From assembly GCA_022813965.1 (NCBI GenBank), contig JALDZS010000045.1, positions 1 through 64,000 of the forward strand: a DNA stretch of 64,000 bases. Direction: 5' to 3'. Position 1 is the stretch's first letter. Each line of letters starts with the position of its first letter. This document shows positions 11,916-22,883 of the stretch, one piece after another. A program made the translations under genes and the position numbers. A model generated the notes under the pieces. It searched no databases and was not told where the DNA came from. It saw nothing but the letters and a program-made list of their open reading frames with translations. Source of the stretch: Toensbergia leucococca. Taxonomy: Eukaryota.

Positions 11916-13189
11916 ATGTCGACCAAAAGGTTGAAAGTCATCGTGGTACGTTCACCCACTTCCATCGCCATCATGACTCAATCCACAGACATTTAACCAC
12001 CTCAAAGGTAGGTGGCTCGCTAGGAGGCCTGTTTGCAGCACTTGTTCTCAAGCGTCTCGGGCACACCGTTCGCATTCTCGAACGCAACCCAACTCCCCTC
12101 CTCCACAACCAAGGCGCCGGCGTTGTCGCAGGCGGCGATACACAAGCCTTTTTCAGCAAGTATGATGTCACTCAACATCCAATCGTTGTCACGAGCAAAA
12201 TACGGCATTATCTGGATAGAGAAGGGAACCAGATACACACGGAAAACACGGTGCAAAAGATGACGAGTTGGGATCTTTTGTACTACGTCCTCCGAGCAAA
12301 TTTCGATGGTGTAAAGAGTGCGTATTGTGATGTCCCCGGCCCTCAAGAAGGAGAGGGCAAAGCCATGTATAGCTATGGTTGTATCGTCAAGAATGTGACG
12401 AAGCAAAACGAGGGGATAGAGCTGGAGTATGAGGATAACCAGGGTAAAATAGAGACTACCATGGCAGATCTAGTCATTGGTGCAGATGGGCCAAGCTCAA
12501 AAATACGTGGGCTGTTCATGCCGGATGTGAAGCGTGAGTATACTGGATACGTGGCCTGGCGAGGAACAGTCCCGGAAAAATCAGCGTCTCCAGCAGCCAA
12601 GGAAGCCTTCGTGGGAAAATTCGCATTCTTCCATGCAGAGGGAGTTCAGATACTTGCGTACACAATCCCTGGCGAAAACGGCTCATTGGAAGTGGGCAGG
12701 CGCCTGATCAATTGGGTCTGGTACTGCAATTATCTTGCAGATTCTGACGAGTATACCGAGTTGATGACCGATTCCGAGGGCCAACAACATCATTTCACTT
12801 TACCGGTAGGAAAAATTAGGAACGAGACACTTCAGCAACAGCGCAAGTACGCAAGAGACATATTACCACCACAATTCGCAGAAATAATTTGTGAGACGGA
12901 ACAGCCCTTCGTCCAGGCCATCACTGATGTGTTGTCGCCGCGCAACGTCTTTCTCGATGGCAAGGTGATGCTTCTTGGGGATGCCGTTGCAGGCTTTCGA
13001 CCTCACACGGCGGCTAGTACGAGCCAAGCAGCTTTCCATGCACAAGTATTGGATGACTTGATGAGAGGAAGAATTAGGCTTGAAGATTGGGAGAGAGTGA
13101 CAATGGACTATGCAAGATCAATGCAGAAGAGGGGGGTACAAATGGGTGAGAGAAGTCAATTTGGGAAACATCCATTGGCACAGTCCTAG
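11916..13189 (+). CDS. FAD-dependent monooxygenase (2,6-dihydroxypyridine hydroxylase-like)
   Basis: MSTKRLKVIV, intron 11946-12007, then VGGSLGGLFAA (GxGxxG-type FAD motif), ADLVIGADG, YTGYVAWRG, LLGDAVAGFRPHTAASTSQAA. Confidence 0.9.
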
Positions 13190-14532
13190 CATCGCGGTAT
13201 GAATGTCTATCCGGTTGAAAGCGTCCTTGGTGTTCTATTCTGGGGTCAACATGCCACAGGTGACGTTGGTGATACCAGGTAAGGTCCTCGCTAAAACAAA
13301 AGGAGGTTGACTTTTCCTTAAGAAAACGGTAAGAAGTTTCATTTCAGCATGTGAATTGAGGTGATGAAGCCGCCGATGTTAATTCAATGATTCATCCAGA
13401 GTTCCTGACAATCTAGTATGAAGCATCCGTGAGACACTCCACTTGGGACTCATATCACGAGCTCCAATTTTCGCTTCAGATTCTTTACCTTTCTGTTTGA
13501 GTTCATTAGGGCACTTGCACCAACTAAATTGGATACTCAATCTTACCTGTATCTTACCACTGATACTCAGCTGTACTGGCTTTGGAATTACCGGTATCAT
13601 TGCGATACCCCCTCTCTGTTGTCCTCGGCGCCGGCCTTCAATATGACCTAACTGTTGCAAATTCGAGAGTAGGTACTCCGGAGTTCACACAACCATAACA
13701 CCAATACTTCACAGCTGATACACACAAAAATTGTTCCTGGTGAGACGAGGCAGTTGACAATGTAGTTATTGCCGTTGTCAAGCAAAACATGTTGTCACAA
13801 CCCCTTTTCTTTTCACGCCATGCTCTTCAAGGCTTCTCTGGCTTATACATAATTCTTCTCTACCGATTGTTATCTCTTCTGTTATCCACATTTATGTTGA
13901 TCTTGGCTTTTCCTACTCGTCTTGATTCTCCTGCTTATCTAGTGCTATATCATATACAAGATACTTCGCTCCTATCCAGCTCAGGCTTCCGAGCTGTTGG
14001 TGGAGAGATCTTTCCACCGATACGACATTCCCCTATTCTGCCAGGACACGCAAACCTCCTAGATAAAGAACGGCGGACTATTAAAAATACACTAAAAATC
14101 CAAGCAAAGATATGAAAAACAATGGCCAGCTAGTTGCAAACACAAATGGATCTTCAACAAACAAAACATCAACACTTGGTATGACGAGCTTCAGCTCCAG
14201 CTTCCAGTGCAAAAAGCCCACCAAAAGCAGCCTTAGTTTCCTGATCCGTCCTACTTTCTGTGCACACTTGCATTAGTCCGGTCTTTGTGATACCTCAAGA
14301 AAAAACTCACATGTTCCGAGCTTTCATTTTCCAACTAGACACATCTGTCCCCATTGCTCTCAAGAGTCCTACAAAAAGAACCGCACTTCTCCCCCTCCCT
14401 CCCTCCGTCCTTCTCTTCATCATCCTCAAATTTCTCTACCCACAACACCTCTCCAGCTAACCTGCCAAAAAACCCCCACCAACACACACTCCCCCCACCC
14501 CCACCCCGGGAACACAAATACCACCCGCAATA

Positions 14533-15272
14533 ATGCTGACCTCAACCACCACCATCAAACTCCTCGCCGCCGTCTCCTTCTCCGTTTTCCTTCTCGGACT
14601 CATCACGAGCGTCGCGGCAGGCAGCTTGGACGAGACCTACTGCTTCTGCCAATCGAGCTTCGACAAACACGGCTGGATCCGCACAAGCAACTACTTCAAC
14701 GAAGACCTGCACCGAGTCTTCACTTGGTCAGACGCCTGCCTCGACATGACCTCCGTCTACCCAAACAAGTAAGCCATTAACCCCCTCTCTCCCCTCCGCT
14801 ACCCTCTCCCCGCCCCCCAAAAAAACCAACATAAAAACAAAAAAAACCCTTCAACAGCTACTGCCACCGCACCGCCAAAAACTCCCACTCGGAAACCTGC
14901 CACACCTTCGCCAGCGACGAACCCTCCGAACCCCCCCGCCGCGTCTGCATCTACCCCCACAACCGCAAGAACCACTTCTCCCTCGACGGCAACAACGAGC
15001 GCCTGCACAAGAAGCAAAAGCGGCCCGACATCCTGCAGCTCCAGTGCACCGACACCTGTCGCGGCTTCTTCGGCCCTTTGCTCGGCAATCACACGTTTAG
15101 CGTCTGCAACGAGACGGCCACGCTGGATGGGGTTGCGGTGCCGTTGGATTATTGGAATTCGTGCCGCACCATTGCTTGGACGGATATTCATGAATTTTGG
15201 CATTTGAGGGGCGGGCCGTGGAGTAGGGGGGGCGGGAGGGGAGGGAGGAAGGGGGTGACGGGTGGGGATTAG
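14533..15272 (+). CDS. Small secreted cysteine-rich protein (effector-like, unknown family)
   Basis: Hydrophobic signal peptide (KLLAAVSFSVFLLGLITSVAAG). GTAAGC..CAG intron 14769-14857 joins the 79-aa and 64-aa ORFs through an open middle segment. About 10 Cys in the mature part. Confidence 0.7.
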
Positions 15273-15682
15273 AAGGGGGGATTTTTTTTTTTTTTTTGCC
15301 TTGAAAAGGGTGAGGGGGGGGGGTGTTGGGTTTTTTTGGTCGCTTGATTTTGGTTTTGAAAGTGAAGAGGGGGGGGGAGTTTGATCGGTGGGGGATTTTT
15401 TAATTGGGGGGTTTGATGGATGGGGAGAGGTTGGGGAGGGAAGAGACGTGGCTACTTTTGAAACTTTTCAAGGATTTTTGTAATGCTGAGAGGAATTTTC
15501 AGATGTAAATTTTTTCGGGTGTGTGCGATTTTTCTTTTTTTGAGTTCCGGTTGCTAGGGTTTTTTGGGGGGGTTGAAACGAGAGTCAGTTTGTAATAAAT
15601 TTAGGGAATTGATACCAGGACACCCTCTTTTGATACAAGGACACCCCCTCCCTGGAGCGCAATATCACCGAGGGAAATGTTA

Positions 15683-16381
15683 GGCTGGTGATACGTGTAC
15701 ACCCCCTGTTGATACCTGCACACCGCCTCCCTCCCACCCCCCTCAGGCGCAATATGACCGAGGGAATTTTTATCATTCTGCACCACATCTTGCCTCGATT
15801 CCCCACCACCTTTGCAAGCCATTTACTTGTTTCATTTGCATGCCATCTATCACCTTCACTGCAGTAGGGGATCATACAACAGGCATTTGATAGAGGTACA
15901 CAGAGAGAATTGTCTCAATTTGAGGTGATAGAACGGGGTGAGTGAGGACGACCTAGAGAGTGAGGAGGGTGAGGACCTAGAGGCGAGGAGGGCGAGGACC
16001 TAGAGAGGGGCGAGGACCTAGAGAGAGGCGAGGAAATAGAGATGGGGGGGAGAGGTGGAGGTGGAGTTCCCGTGGATAACAGAGTATTTCATGATTTTGA
16101 AAGGAGGTGATTATGATTTTTTGGCGCTCAGGGGGTGATTGTGCGCTCAGGGGTGAGGGAATCAAGTTAAGATGTGATACAGAAGTATGAGTTTTCTTCT
16201 AAATAATTTGACTTGTAGATGACACACAAATGAAACAAGTAATTGACTTGCAAAGTGGTCGGGAATTGAGGCAAGATGTGGTGCGAAATGATAGATTCTC
16301 CCTCGGTGGTATTGCGCCTGAGGGGGGGGGGAGGGGGCGGGTGTACAGGTATCAAAAGGGGATGTACACGTATCACCAGCC
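15683..16381. mobile_element. Non-autonomous DNA transposon (MITE-like, ~700 bp) with ~165-bp terminal inverted repeats
   Basis: 15683-15849 (GGCTGGTGATACGTGTACACCCCCTGTTGATACCTG...CACCACATCTTGCCTC...TTACTTGTTTCATTTG) is the near-exact reverse complement of 16216-16381. No transposase inside; no target-site duplication recognised. Confidence 0.85.
15940..16040 (+). repeat. Internal degenerate tandem repeat (GAGGACCTAGAG...) within the TIR element
   Basis: Several imperfect copies of gaggacctagag with G-rich spacers, visible directly. Confidence 0.75.
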
Positions 16382-17117
16382 AAAAAAAAAATCTAAATAA
16401 AGAGAAGAATTAGCTCAACTATCAACTTCTCAAGCAATCTTACAACTTCACAGATAATTATTTATTAGTTTGATTCAATGTCAAATGTATGACCATGTCA
16501 TAAGTAAATGAACATAAAAGGACGCCGTATTGAAGAAAAAGGGAGGGAAGAAGAAAAACAAAAGTAATATAACAAGGTGATAAAAAGTGCAGAGAATGAA
16601 CTTGTTGTCTTCTCACCGCATCACTTCCTTCTACCTTTTCTTCAAGACTGAGAAAGTTTAGAAGTTTCAATAAGACGAGAAAGTAGATGGCTAGAAAGAT
16701 GAGAGAACCGGAAAGCGATGGATTGAAAGTGTTGATGCTGATGAACTCAGGTGGTGTGCTTTGAGTGATCATGTTTTCTTCTAATGAAAGCGCAATCAAT
16801 TATGAGAAGCTGAGGCTCTAGAATGAAGGTACTCATATTGTCATGATCAAATCTTGAATTTGATCATGTGACTCTCAGACGGGAGTTCTTTCAAGTCGTT
16901 TCTTGATTGGTCCTTTTGTTATCTGCAACCCTACCCAAGATCAAACCCTGGCTCACAGAAGGTAGGGGTTGGGTGGATTGCGACTCGATCCTATATCGCG
17001 AGGCTGTGTTCGAGGTGGCTGCTGTGCCGCACGGAACAAGGCTGCACATTCTGTCGACATCCAGAATGTCAAGGTAAAATGGACCAACCTACAACTTCAT
17101 TTACCCTTGTATAAGGA

Positions 17118-19457
17118 ATGGCTGTCTCATTCTTGGCAAACTCGTGGCAACTTGCCAATTGGGGCTTTTCGGCAGGCGACATCGCAGCTCTCGCAGGTGC
17201 AGGCCGCAATGTCATAACCTGGCTCTCAGCCTCGGGACGAGATAAAATCTTATTTGAGTTCTTGAAGATTACACCTGGTGATTTGGGCATCAGGCGCGGT
17301 TTGATAAACCCAGTTGCTCTGAATCAGCGATGGGGCAAGAAGATTGTACTCTTCCAGAACGGGCAGCGATGTGAACTAAGACCGGCTGGAAGAACGGCGG
17401 AGATCGAGAACATCGATGCATTTACGTGGATCATGACCATCATTGTCGTCTGCTTAGATCAGGTTGTTTCAAATACCATGCTTCAGATTATCGTTGGGGA
17501 GTTCATCACTAGACTCTTCGAGGATAGTACTCTGGACCTAGAATATCTTCAGCATGAAATACCCACGCACATTCAAGGCTGGCGCTCAACTGCTTGCGTC
17601 CGTGACATGGTAGCAAAAGCCCAGCACACCTGGAAAGCGTTGGAATATCAACAACAACATCTCCCTGGCTTTGCACCTCCCGATGAAAAGGAGGAAATCA
17701 TCCAAATGTTGCTTTGGATCGTGATTGGCAAATCAGCAAGATACAGCACCGCTTCCACTGATGTTTTCTCACTCACAATTCTGCTCGGAGAAATGGGCTT
17801 TGATTTACTGAAGACAGGCCTACCAAGCGATAGATTCGACGAGAGTTACGCAGTTGCTGTATTTGATGACTCGACGATTCGGAAACCGGCAGGCGAGATA
17901 AAATCTTGTGGCAATCGTCACGGGATGCGTATTCCACTCCTGTCAATGGAGGAGTCCATTTCACTTTGGCCAGGGACCCTGGACAACAACCGACGTCGCA
18001 ATATTTTCCTCAATGGCATGGAAGCGGGTTCAAACATTCTCATATCTGCATATCTCGCTGAGCCTAACCAGAATAGGGGCCCTGATTTCAAGGTCACCGC
18101 GGCGTCGAATCAATCCTTTGGACGTGGCGATTCCAATGCTTTCCGCCTTGCTCAACAATACCTCCTACTCAGCACTCGCGAAGCGGTGAATGGTTTGCAA
18201 AATTTGATCGAGTCATGGGCAATCCATAGCGCCAAAGAACGCGAGAGAGTAGTGCGCTATCTAGAAGGCAGAGCCTTGCTAGAAACAGATATGGAATATC
18301 TTGCGGACCTTCAAATATTCCTGCTAGGCTACTATTACGCTTCTTTCGTCCCCATTGTGAATACTTCTCAGCTTCCGTCGCAAGAGGCTTTTGGATCTTG
18401 GAGTTGGTACGACCTGGAGTTTATGGATCTAATCGCTAAATTTGTCAATAGTTGCTATTCCCGCACGAACACGGCAAAGTGTGTTCGATGGTACGAAGTC
18501 ATGAAGGTCGTAGCCTATTTGTTTGCAGGCGGGGAAAAGGACCAGCTTGATGCATTGACATTTGGGACAGTGGGCCTTCTGTCAAAATTGACTATACTCA
18601 ACGCAAGCCTCCTTGGGGATGTTGACACACCTGACAGGGTTGGAAAGTTCGTCCTTCTTGACATCGATCCGACCGGTATACCCAGTAATAGTCGCGGACT
18701 TGTTTTGCCGGGAAAACAGGCTGGCTGTAGGGCGCAAACCGCAATCTCGCCCGCCGTCTCCAAAATCCAACATTTAGGCAGCGAAGAGCTTGATTTCACT
18801 TCACACATACAACCAGCCTGGGGGTTTGATCCGAATCACGTCCTCGTCACTTACAGACATAAAGGTCGCTTGGTACATAAGATGAACCCAAGACAGATGG
18901 AGATATCAGTACTAAAATGGTCGACCAAGTCTGAAATTGGAGAAGACAGTGATGTGTTGGGAAATGTAGTAGAGCTTAATGATAAAATTCTTCTGAAAGA
19001 ATTACCGCGAAACTCCAAACCTGCGAGATTGGCTGGACCATCAAAAGATGCCAGGCCGGAGGAGCGCGTTCGACCAAACTTAGCTACTGAATCCCGACAT
19101 CCAGGCAGCAACTCTGTTATGGCTAAGACCTCGCGATTTGGAGGGATTTTTACAGATCCTTATGCGGGAGTCGATGCTTTCCAGCTTTTTCAAGTCACCC
19201 TCCCAGAGTTTTATGGCGGGAACATTGTGATGGCCAGACAAGCAGGAGGATCATCTGCTACGGGTCAAAATGCTCTGATATTCCCTGTCAAAGGCCTGAA
19301 AAGAGCTCGAGCATGTATCGTGTCAATGTACAAGGATCATACCATAGAAGATAACCTCGCAGGCATGTATGGCCCAGGATGGGAGGCTTGGGGCCAATCT
19401 TTCCCTGGTGCCTTAGTCTGTGAGATGCCTGGGAACTGGCATGTTGTTCTACCATGA
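17118..19457 (+). CDS. Hypothetical 779-aa protein, paralog A of a convergent pair
   Basis: Intronless long ORF, colinear homology over its whole length with the protein at 19815-22043. No family recognised. Confidence 0.9.
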   Translation: MAVSFLANSWQLANWGFSAGDIAALAGAGRNVITWLSASGRDKILFEFLKITPGDLGIRRGLINPVALNQRWGKKIVLFQNGQRCELRPAGRTAEIENIDAFTWIMTIIVVCLDQVVSNTMLQIIVGEFITRLFEDSTLDLEYLQHEIPTHIQGWRSTACVRDMVAKAQHTWKALEYQQQHLPGFAPPDEKEEIIQMLLWIVIGKSARYSTASTDVFSLTILLGEMGFDLLKTGLPSDRFDESYAVAVFDDSTIRKPAGEIKSCGNRHGMRIPLLSMEESISLWPGTLDNNRRRNIFLNGMEAGSNILISAYLAEPNQNRGPDFKVTAASNQSFGRGDSNAFRLAQQYLLLSTREAVNGLQNLIESWAIHSAKERERVVRYLEGRALLETDMEYLADLQIFLLGYYYASFVPIVNTSQLPSQEAFGSWSWYDLEFMDLIAKFVNSCYSRTNTAKCVRWYEVMKVVAYLFAGGEKDQLDALTFGTVGLLSKLTILNASLLGDVDTPDRVGKFVLLDIDPTGIPSNSRGLVLPGKQAGCRAQTAISPAVSKIQHLGSEELDFTSHIQPAWGFDPNHVLVTYRHKGRLVHKMNPRQMEISVLKWSTKSEIGEDSDVLGNVVELNDKILLKELPRNSKPARLAGPSKDARPEERVRPNLATESRHPGSNSVMAKTSRFGGIFTDPYAGVDAFQLFQVTLPEFYGGNIVMARQAGGSSATGQNALIFPVKGLKRARACIVSMYKDHTIEDNLAGMYGPGWEAWGQSFPGALVCEMPGNWHVVLP

Positions 19458-19814
19458 ATCATTCAACAACAAATATACAGAGAGCTTATTCTTCGAGCGC
19501 TATATCGTCTCTCTATACTTCTGTGTAACATCACTCGTGTGATCCCAATTGAATCGTGTAATTTTCGTAAACAAAACAGGATGCCTTTGGCTACTGAGGA
19601 GGTTCTCGGGAAGATCTGCGTAGGTAGTAACGGCCACTCATTCTCGACCAGCAACCTATAACATGGATGCTTCATTATAGTAAAGCAAGAGAAGCGAAAG
19701 GTCCTAAACTTCGAGAACGTGTATCTTCTTTAGTCGACATGACCATACCTATAGTACCTTGTAGAGATGTCGAAAGTAGGAAAGAAAGCCTGGTCAAAAG
19801 ACAACAGGTAATAA

Positions 19815-22043
19815 TTACACAAGAATAACCCAGCCATGTGGTTCAGTCTCCACTGCAACAGCATCTGGAAATTCTTCGACCCACTTAAGGAGCTTTCTCC
19901 TACTTTCTTTGCGAGTTGACGCAAGGTTGTCTATCTTGAAATACATAGCAGTAAGGCACGTCTTAGCTTTGTAAAGACCAGTGGTTGGGACCACAATGGG
20001 CCAACTTTGAGCTTCTTCTGATTGCAAGACAAACCCGCCGTAGAATTGGTCTAGACCTACGACATGAACCATCGAGGTTTCATGTTCAAAGACATCATTG
20101 ACCTGGTCAATCTTAATCGTCTTGTCCTGATTCCCTTCCAAATCGTCCTTCTCCGAAGCAATGGCGAAAAATTGCAATTGCCTTTCCTGCCATGCGGCTA
20201 CAGACGACTGAAGCACCGCAACCTCTGCGATTGTGGGGCTAACCCGGTGAACAAGGCGGCCACCATGACGGTAAGTGACCAAGCAAGCCTGCATATCGTG
20301 ATTCCAATCTGGTTCGATGTGGGATGTGAGATCAACCACGTCTCCACACATCTTCGGCATCTCGTCGACGACATCAGCAAGTGGGCTGGGCGGCGATGAA
20401 GATGGTTTCAATGTCGTGCATGGTGACTGGGTACCAGAGCGAACGATTCCCGAGGCGTTGCAGGGAATGCAACTGACGTCTATATCCAAAACACAGAATT
20501 TGCCTACCATCTCTGGTGTGGCGGCAGCACCGAGCAGACTCGCATTTAATACGGAAAGCTTTCCTAGATACCCAATTGTTTTATGATCAATGGTGGCAAG
20601 CTGCTGTCGCTCTGTGCCGGCGAACATGTAGGCCACCATCCTTAACAAATATTGTCTCCAGATCCTTCGTCCTTTCATGCCCGACCCGGATATTCGATGT
20701 GCATTGAGGGAAATGATCTCTTTGAGGAAACCTGTATCATACCAACCCCAACCTCCGAACGCTTCCTGTAGTGTAAGCTGTGAGGTGTCCAGGATCTGTC
20801 TCAGAGCAACATAGTAATATCCTAACAGAAAGCATTGGAAATCGCCTATGTATCTTTCTCCAATTCCATCAAATTGTGCTAATTGAAGTTTGAGTGCCAT
20901 ATACCACGAGATTGGATATTGAAGTTTCCATGTGACCGTCAATAGGTGTTCAAGAGCAGCTATAGCACGGTCGGTCATAGCGAGCAGATACTTCTGGGCA
21001 ACGAGTGCCCCCCCTTGATCGACCCCGCCAGCAACATCTTGAGGCATCACCTGATACTCTCGAATACCAGGAATCTGCTCAATAGAGTTATTGAGAGCAA
21101 TCTCAAGTTTCACTTCCTCACCAACTGACATGCCGTTCTTAAAGATCATCCGTCGTCTATTGTTGTCGCTTTCGTTCCCTGGCCATAGTGAGACGGCTTC
21201 TTCGATGAAGTCTAGGGGTACTCTCATTCCGTAACGATGCTTTGGTTCTTGCGGATTTTTACTAAGAAATAGTTCCTGGCCAAACTTGACCACAATCTTG
21301 TTCTCATCTGTGTTGTCCTCATCAAAAGCTTCTTCAGGGTGGACTACTCTAAGAAGATCAAGGCCAACATCGGCAAGGAGGACAGCCAAGGAAAACGCAT
21401 CGCCCGAACAGGTAGTATACTCCTTATTTTCCCCAGCTACTAGCCAAACCAGCATACGTACCAGCTCCTCGGAATCATTGTCTGGAACTAGACCGGGCGG
21501 ATGCCTACCGAGTTTTGCTAACCTGTCCCACTCCGATTGAGGGTTTTGGAACATACCTCGTACGTTTCCATTTGACCGCCAGCCTTGAATGTGGAAAGAC
21601 AGTTCGTGGATGAGGTAGTCATAGCTTTCCGGGAGGTATAAATCATCTAAGGCCTGGATCATGAATGACCTCACGATGTTTTGGACCATAGCCGGAGAGA
21701 CAGCTGCATCCAGGGAGACAACTATCAACGTCATCAACCAGGTAAAGGCATCTGTGTTTGGTATGACAGTTCTTCTGCCTGGATCCTGATAGACTACCTT
21801 CCGACCATTGGCAAATATTGCAAGCTTCGTGCCCCAGCGCATGTCGAGAGCCTCGGTGTTGATCAGACCTTTCCTTCTGATTACGTCTTTGCTCTCGACC
21901 TGCAGGAATTCGAGAAGTTGACGGTCGCTCCACTGAGCTTTTACCCAATTTCCAACCTTTCGAGCAGCGCCATAAATTACGGCGATATCTGCAGCACCAA
22001 GACCAAGCTGTACCAAAGTGTTGGTCGCAAGCTGAAGAGTCAT
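19815..22043 (-). CDS. Hypothetical 742-aa protein, paralog B of a convergent pair
   Basis: Intronless ORF. ATG at 22043 (MTLQLATNTLVQLGLGAADIAV) aligns with the N-terminus of paralog A, so the upstream TTG start at 22253 is probably not used. Confidence 0.9.
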   Translation of the reverse strand: MTLQLATNTLVQLGLGAADIAVIYGAARKVGNWVKAQWSDRQLLEFLQVESKDVIRRKGLINTEALDMRWGTKLAIFANGRKVVYQDPGRRTVIPNTDAFTWLMTLIVVSLDAAVSPAMVQNIVRSFMIQALDDLYLPESYDYLIHELSFHIQGWRSNGNVRGMFQNPQSEWDRLAKLGRHPPGLVPDNDSEELVRMLVWLVAGENKEYTTCSGDAFSLAVLLADVGLDLLRVVHPEEAFDEDNTDENKIVVKFGQELFLSKNPQEPKHRYGMRVPLDFIEEAVSLWPGNESDNNRRRMIFKNGMSVGEEVKLEIALNNSIEQIPGIREYQVMPQDVAGGVDQGGALVAQKYLLAMTDRAIAALEHLLTVTWKLQYPISWYMALKLQLAQFDGIGERYIGDFQCFLLGYYYVALRQILDTSQLTLQEAFGGWGWYDTGFLKEIISLNAHRISGSGMKGRRIWRQYLLRMVAYMFAGTERQQLATIDHKTIGYLGKLSVLNASLLGAAATPEMVGKFCVLDIDVSCIPCNASGIVRSGTQSPCTTLKPSSSPPSPLADVVDEMPKMCGDVVDLTSHIEPDWNHDMQACLVTYRHGGRLVHRVSPTIAEVAVLQSSVAAWQERQLQFFAIASEKDDLEGNQDKTIKIDQVNDVFEHETSMVHVVGLDQFYGGFVLQSEEAQSWPIVVPTTGLYKAKTCLTAMYFKIDNLASTRKESRRKLLKWVEEFPDAVAVETEPHGWVILV

Positions 22044-22883
22044 TGTGGATAAAAACAGGCTCGAACACTGCCAAATCGAGGATTTCTGGCTGGTTATTGC
22101 GGTGGTCTTGGAGACTCGTATAATTTCAAATAGACTGAAGACTACTGTTGTTGCCTGTTGGTGCCCAGATCTTTCGGCAGGTTGTCGAGCAGCCACATTG
22201 AAGACGCGGCTGGGGGAGGATTTAATAAGCGAGTATATTCTAAGGTATGTCAATGATCTGTGGCTGAGAGCTAAAGGAACATAAGCTGTGTTGTGTCAAC
22301 GTATAATATCAGGTAGGTCATGCTAAGGCAATGATTCAACTCTTAATATACATAACAGGATCCAATTAAAATATCTGAGTTGTGAAAAGACGTGTTAAAT
22401 TTCTTATCAAGAAACCCAGATAATTGAGTAATCCAAATCAAGGCACGCTTCGTCATAGGGTGGAGAAAGTTCATTTCCTGCCCGGGGCCCTGTAAAGTTG
22501 GCATGTCCGACGGAGCTTCGTAGTTTCAAAAATGAAGGATCGAGGTTACAAGAGCGAGCGATGAGATATCTGGAGATATCGAGGTAGGGACTACATTGGT
22601 TGGTAACAATCCATGGTGCAAAACCTCGTTTTTTATTTCGGGAACATCTAGGTAGGCAGCTGTCTTGACTCCTCCGAACTAAACTTAGATTAAGTATACT
22701 AGCAAGTTCGAATATCTTGACAACAGATACAGTCAATATTTGTCACCCGATGGCGATTTGCCGGATAGGAAGGGCAAGAGAATTAAACATACCAGCGCAA
22801 CAATCTCTATGGCCTTACGGTGAGGGTGAAGTCCTCATTCTACTCATCCAAGCCTTTCCTAATAATAAGCTCCTTCTCATCCG

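Noticed and set aside
15940..16040. CRISPR-like repeat-spacer array
   Set aside because: Eukaryotic DNA; the units are degenerate tandem repeats without unique spacers, and there are no cas genes.
16400..16900. Possible decayed coding remnant or the 113-aa minus-strand ORF
   Set aside because: AT-rich, stop-riddled in other frames and with no recognisable motif; cannot be supported.
17118..22043. Identification of the pair as Spok meiotic drivers, NLRs, HET-domain proteins or gasdermins
   Set aside because: Size and lack of introns fit Spok, but no kinase or nuclease motifs, Cys cluster, P-loop, repeat domain or HET motifs are visible.
22044..22253. 70-aa N-terminal extension of the 812-aa ORF call
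   Set aside because: Starts at a non-ATG codon, and homology to the paralog begins at the ATG at 22043.
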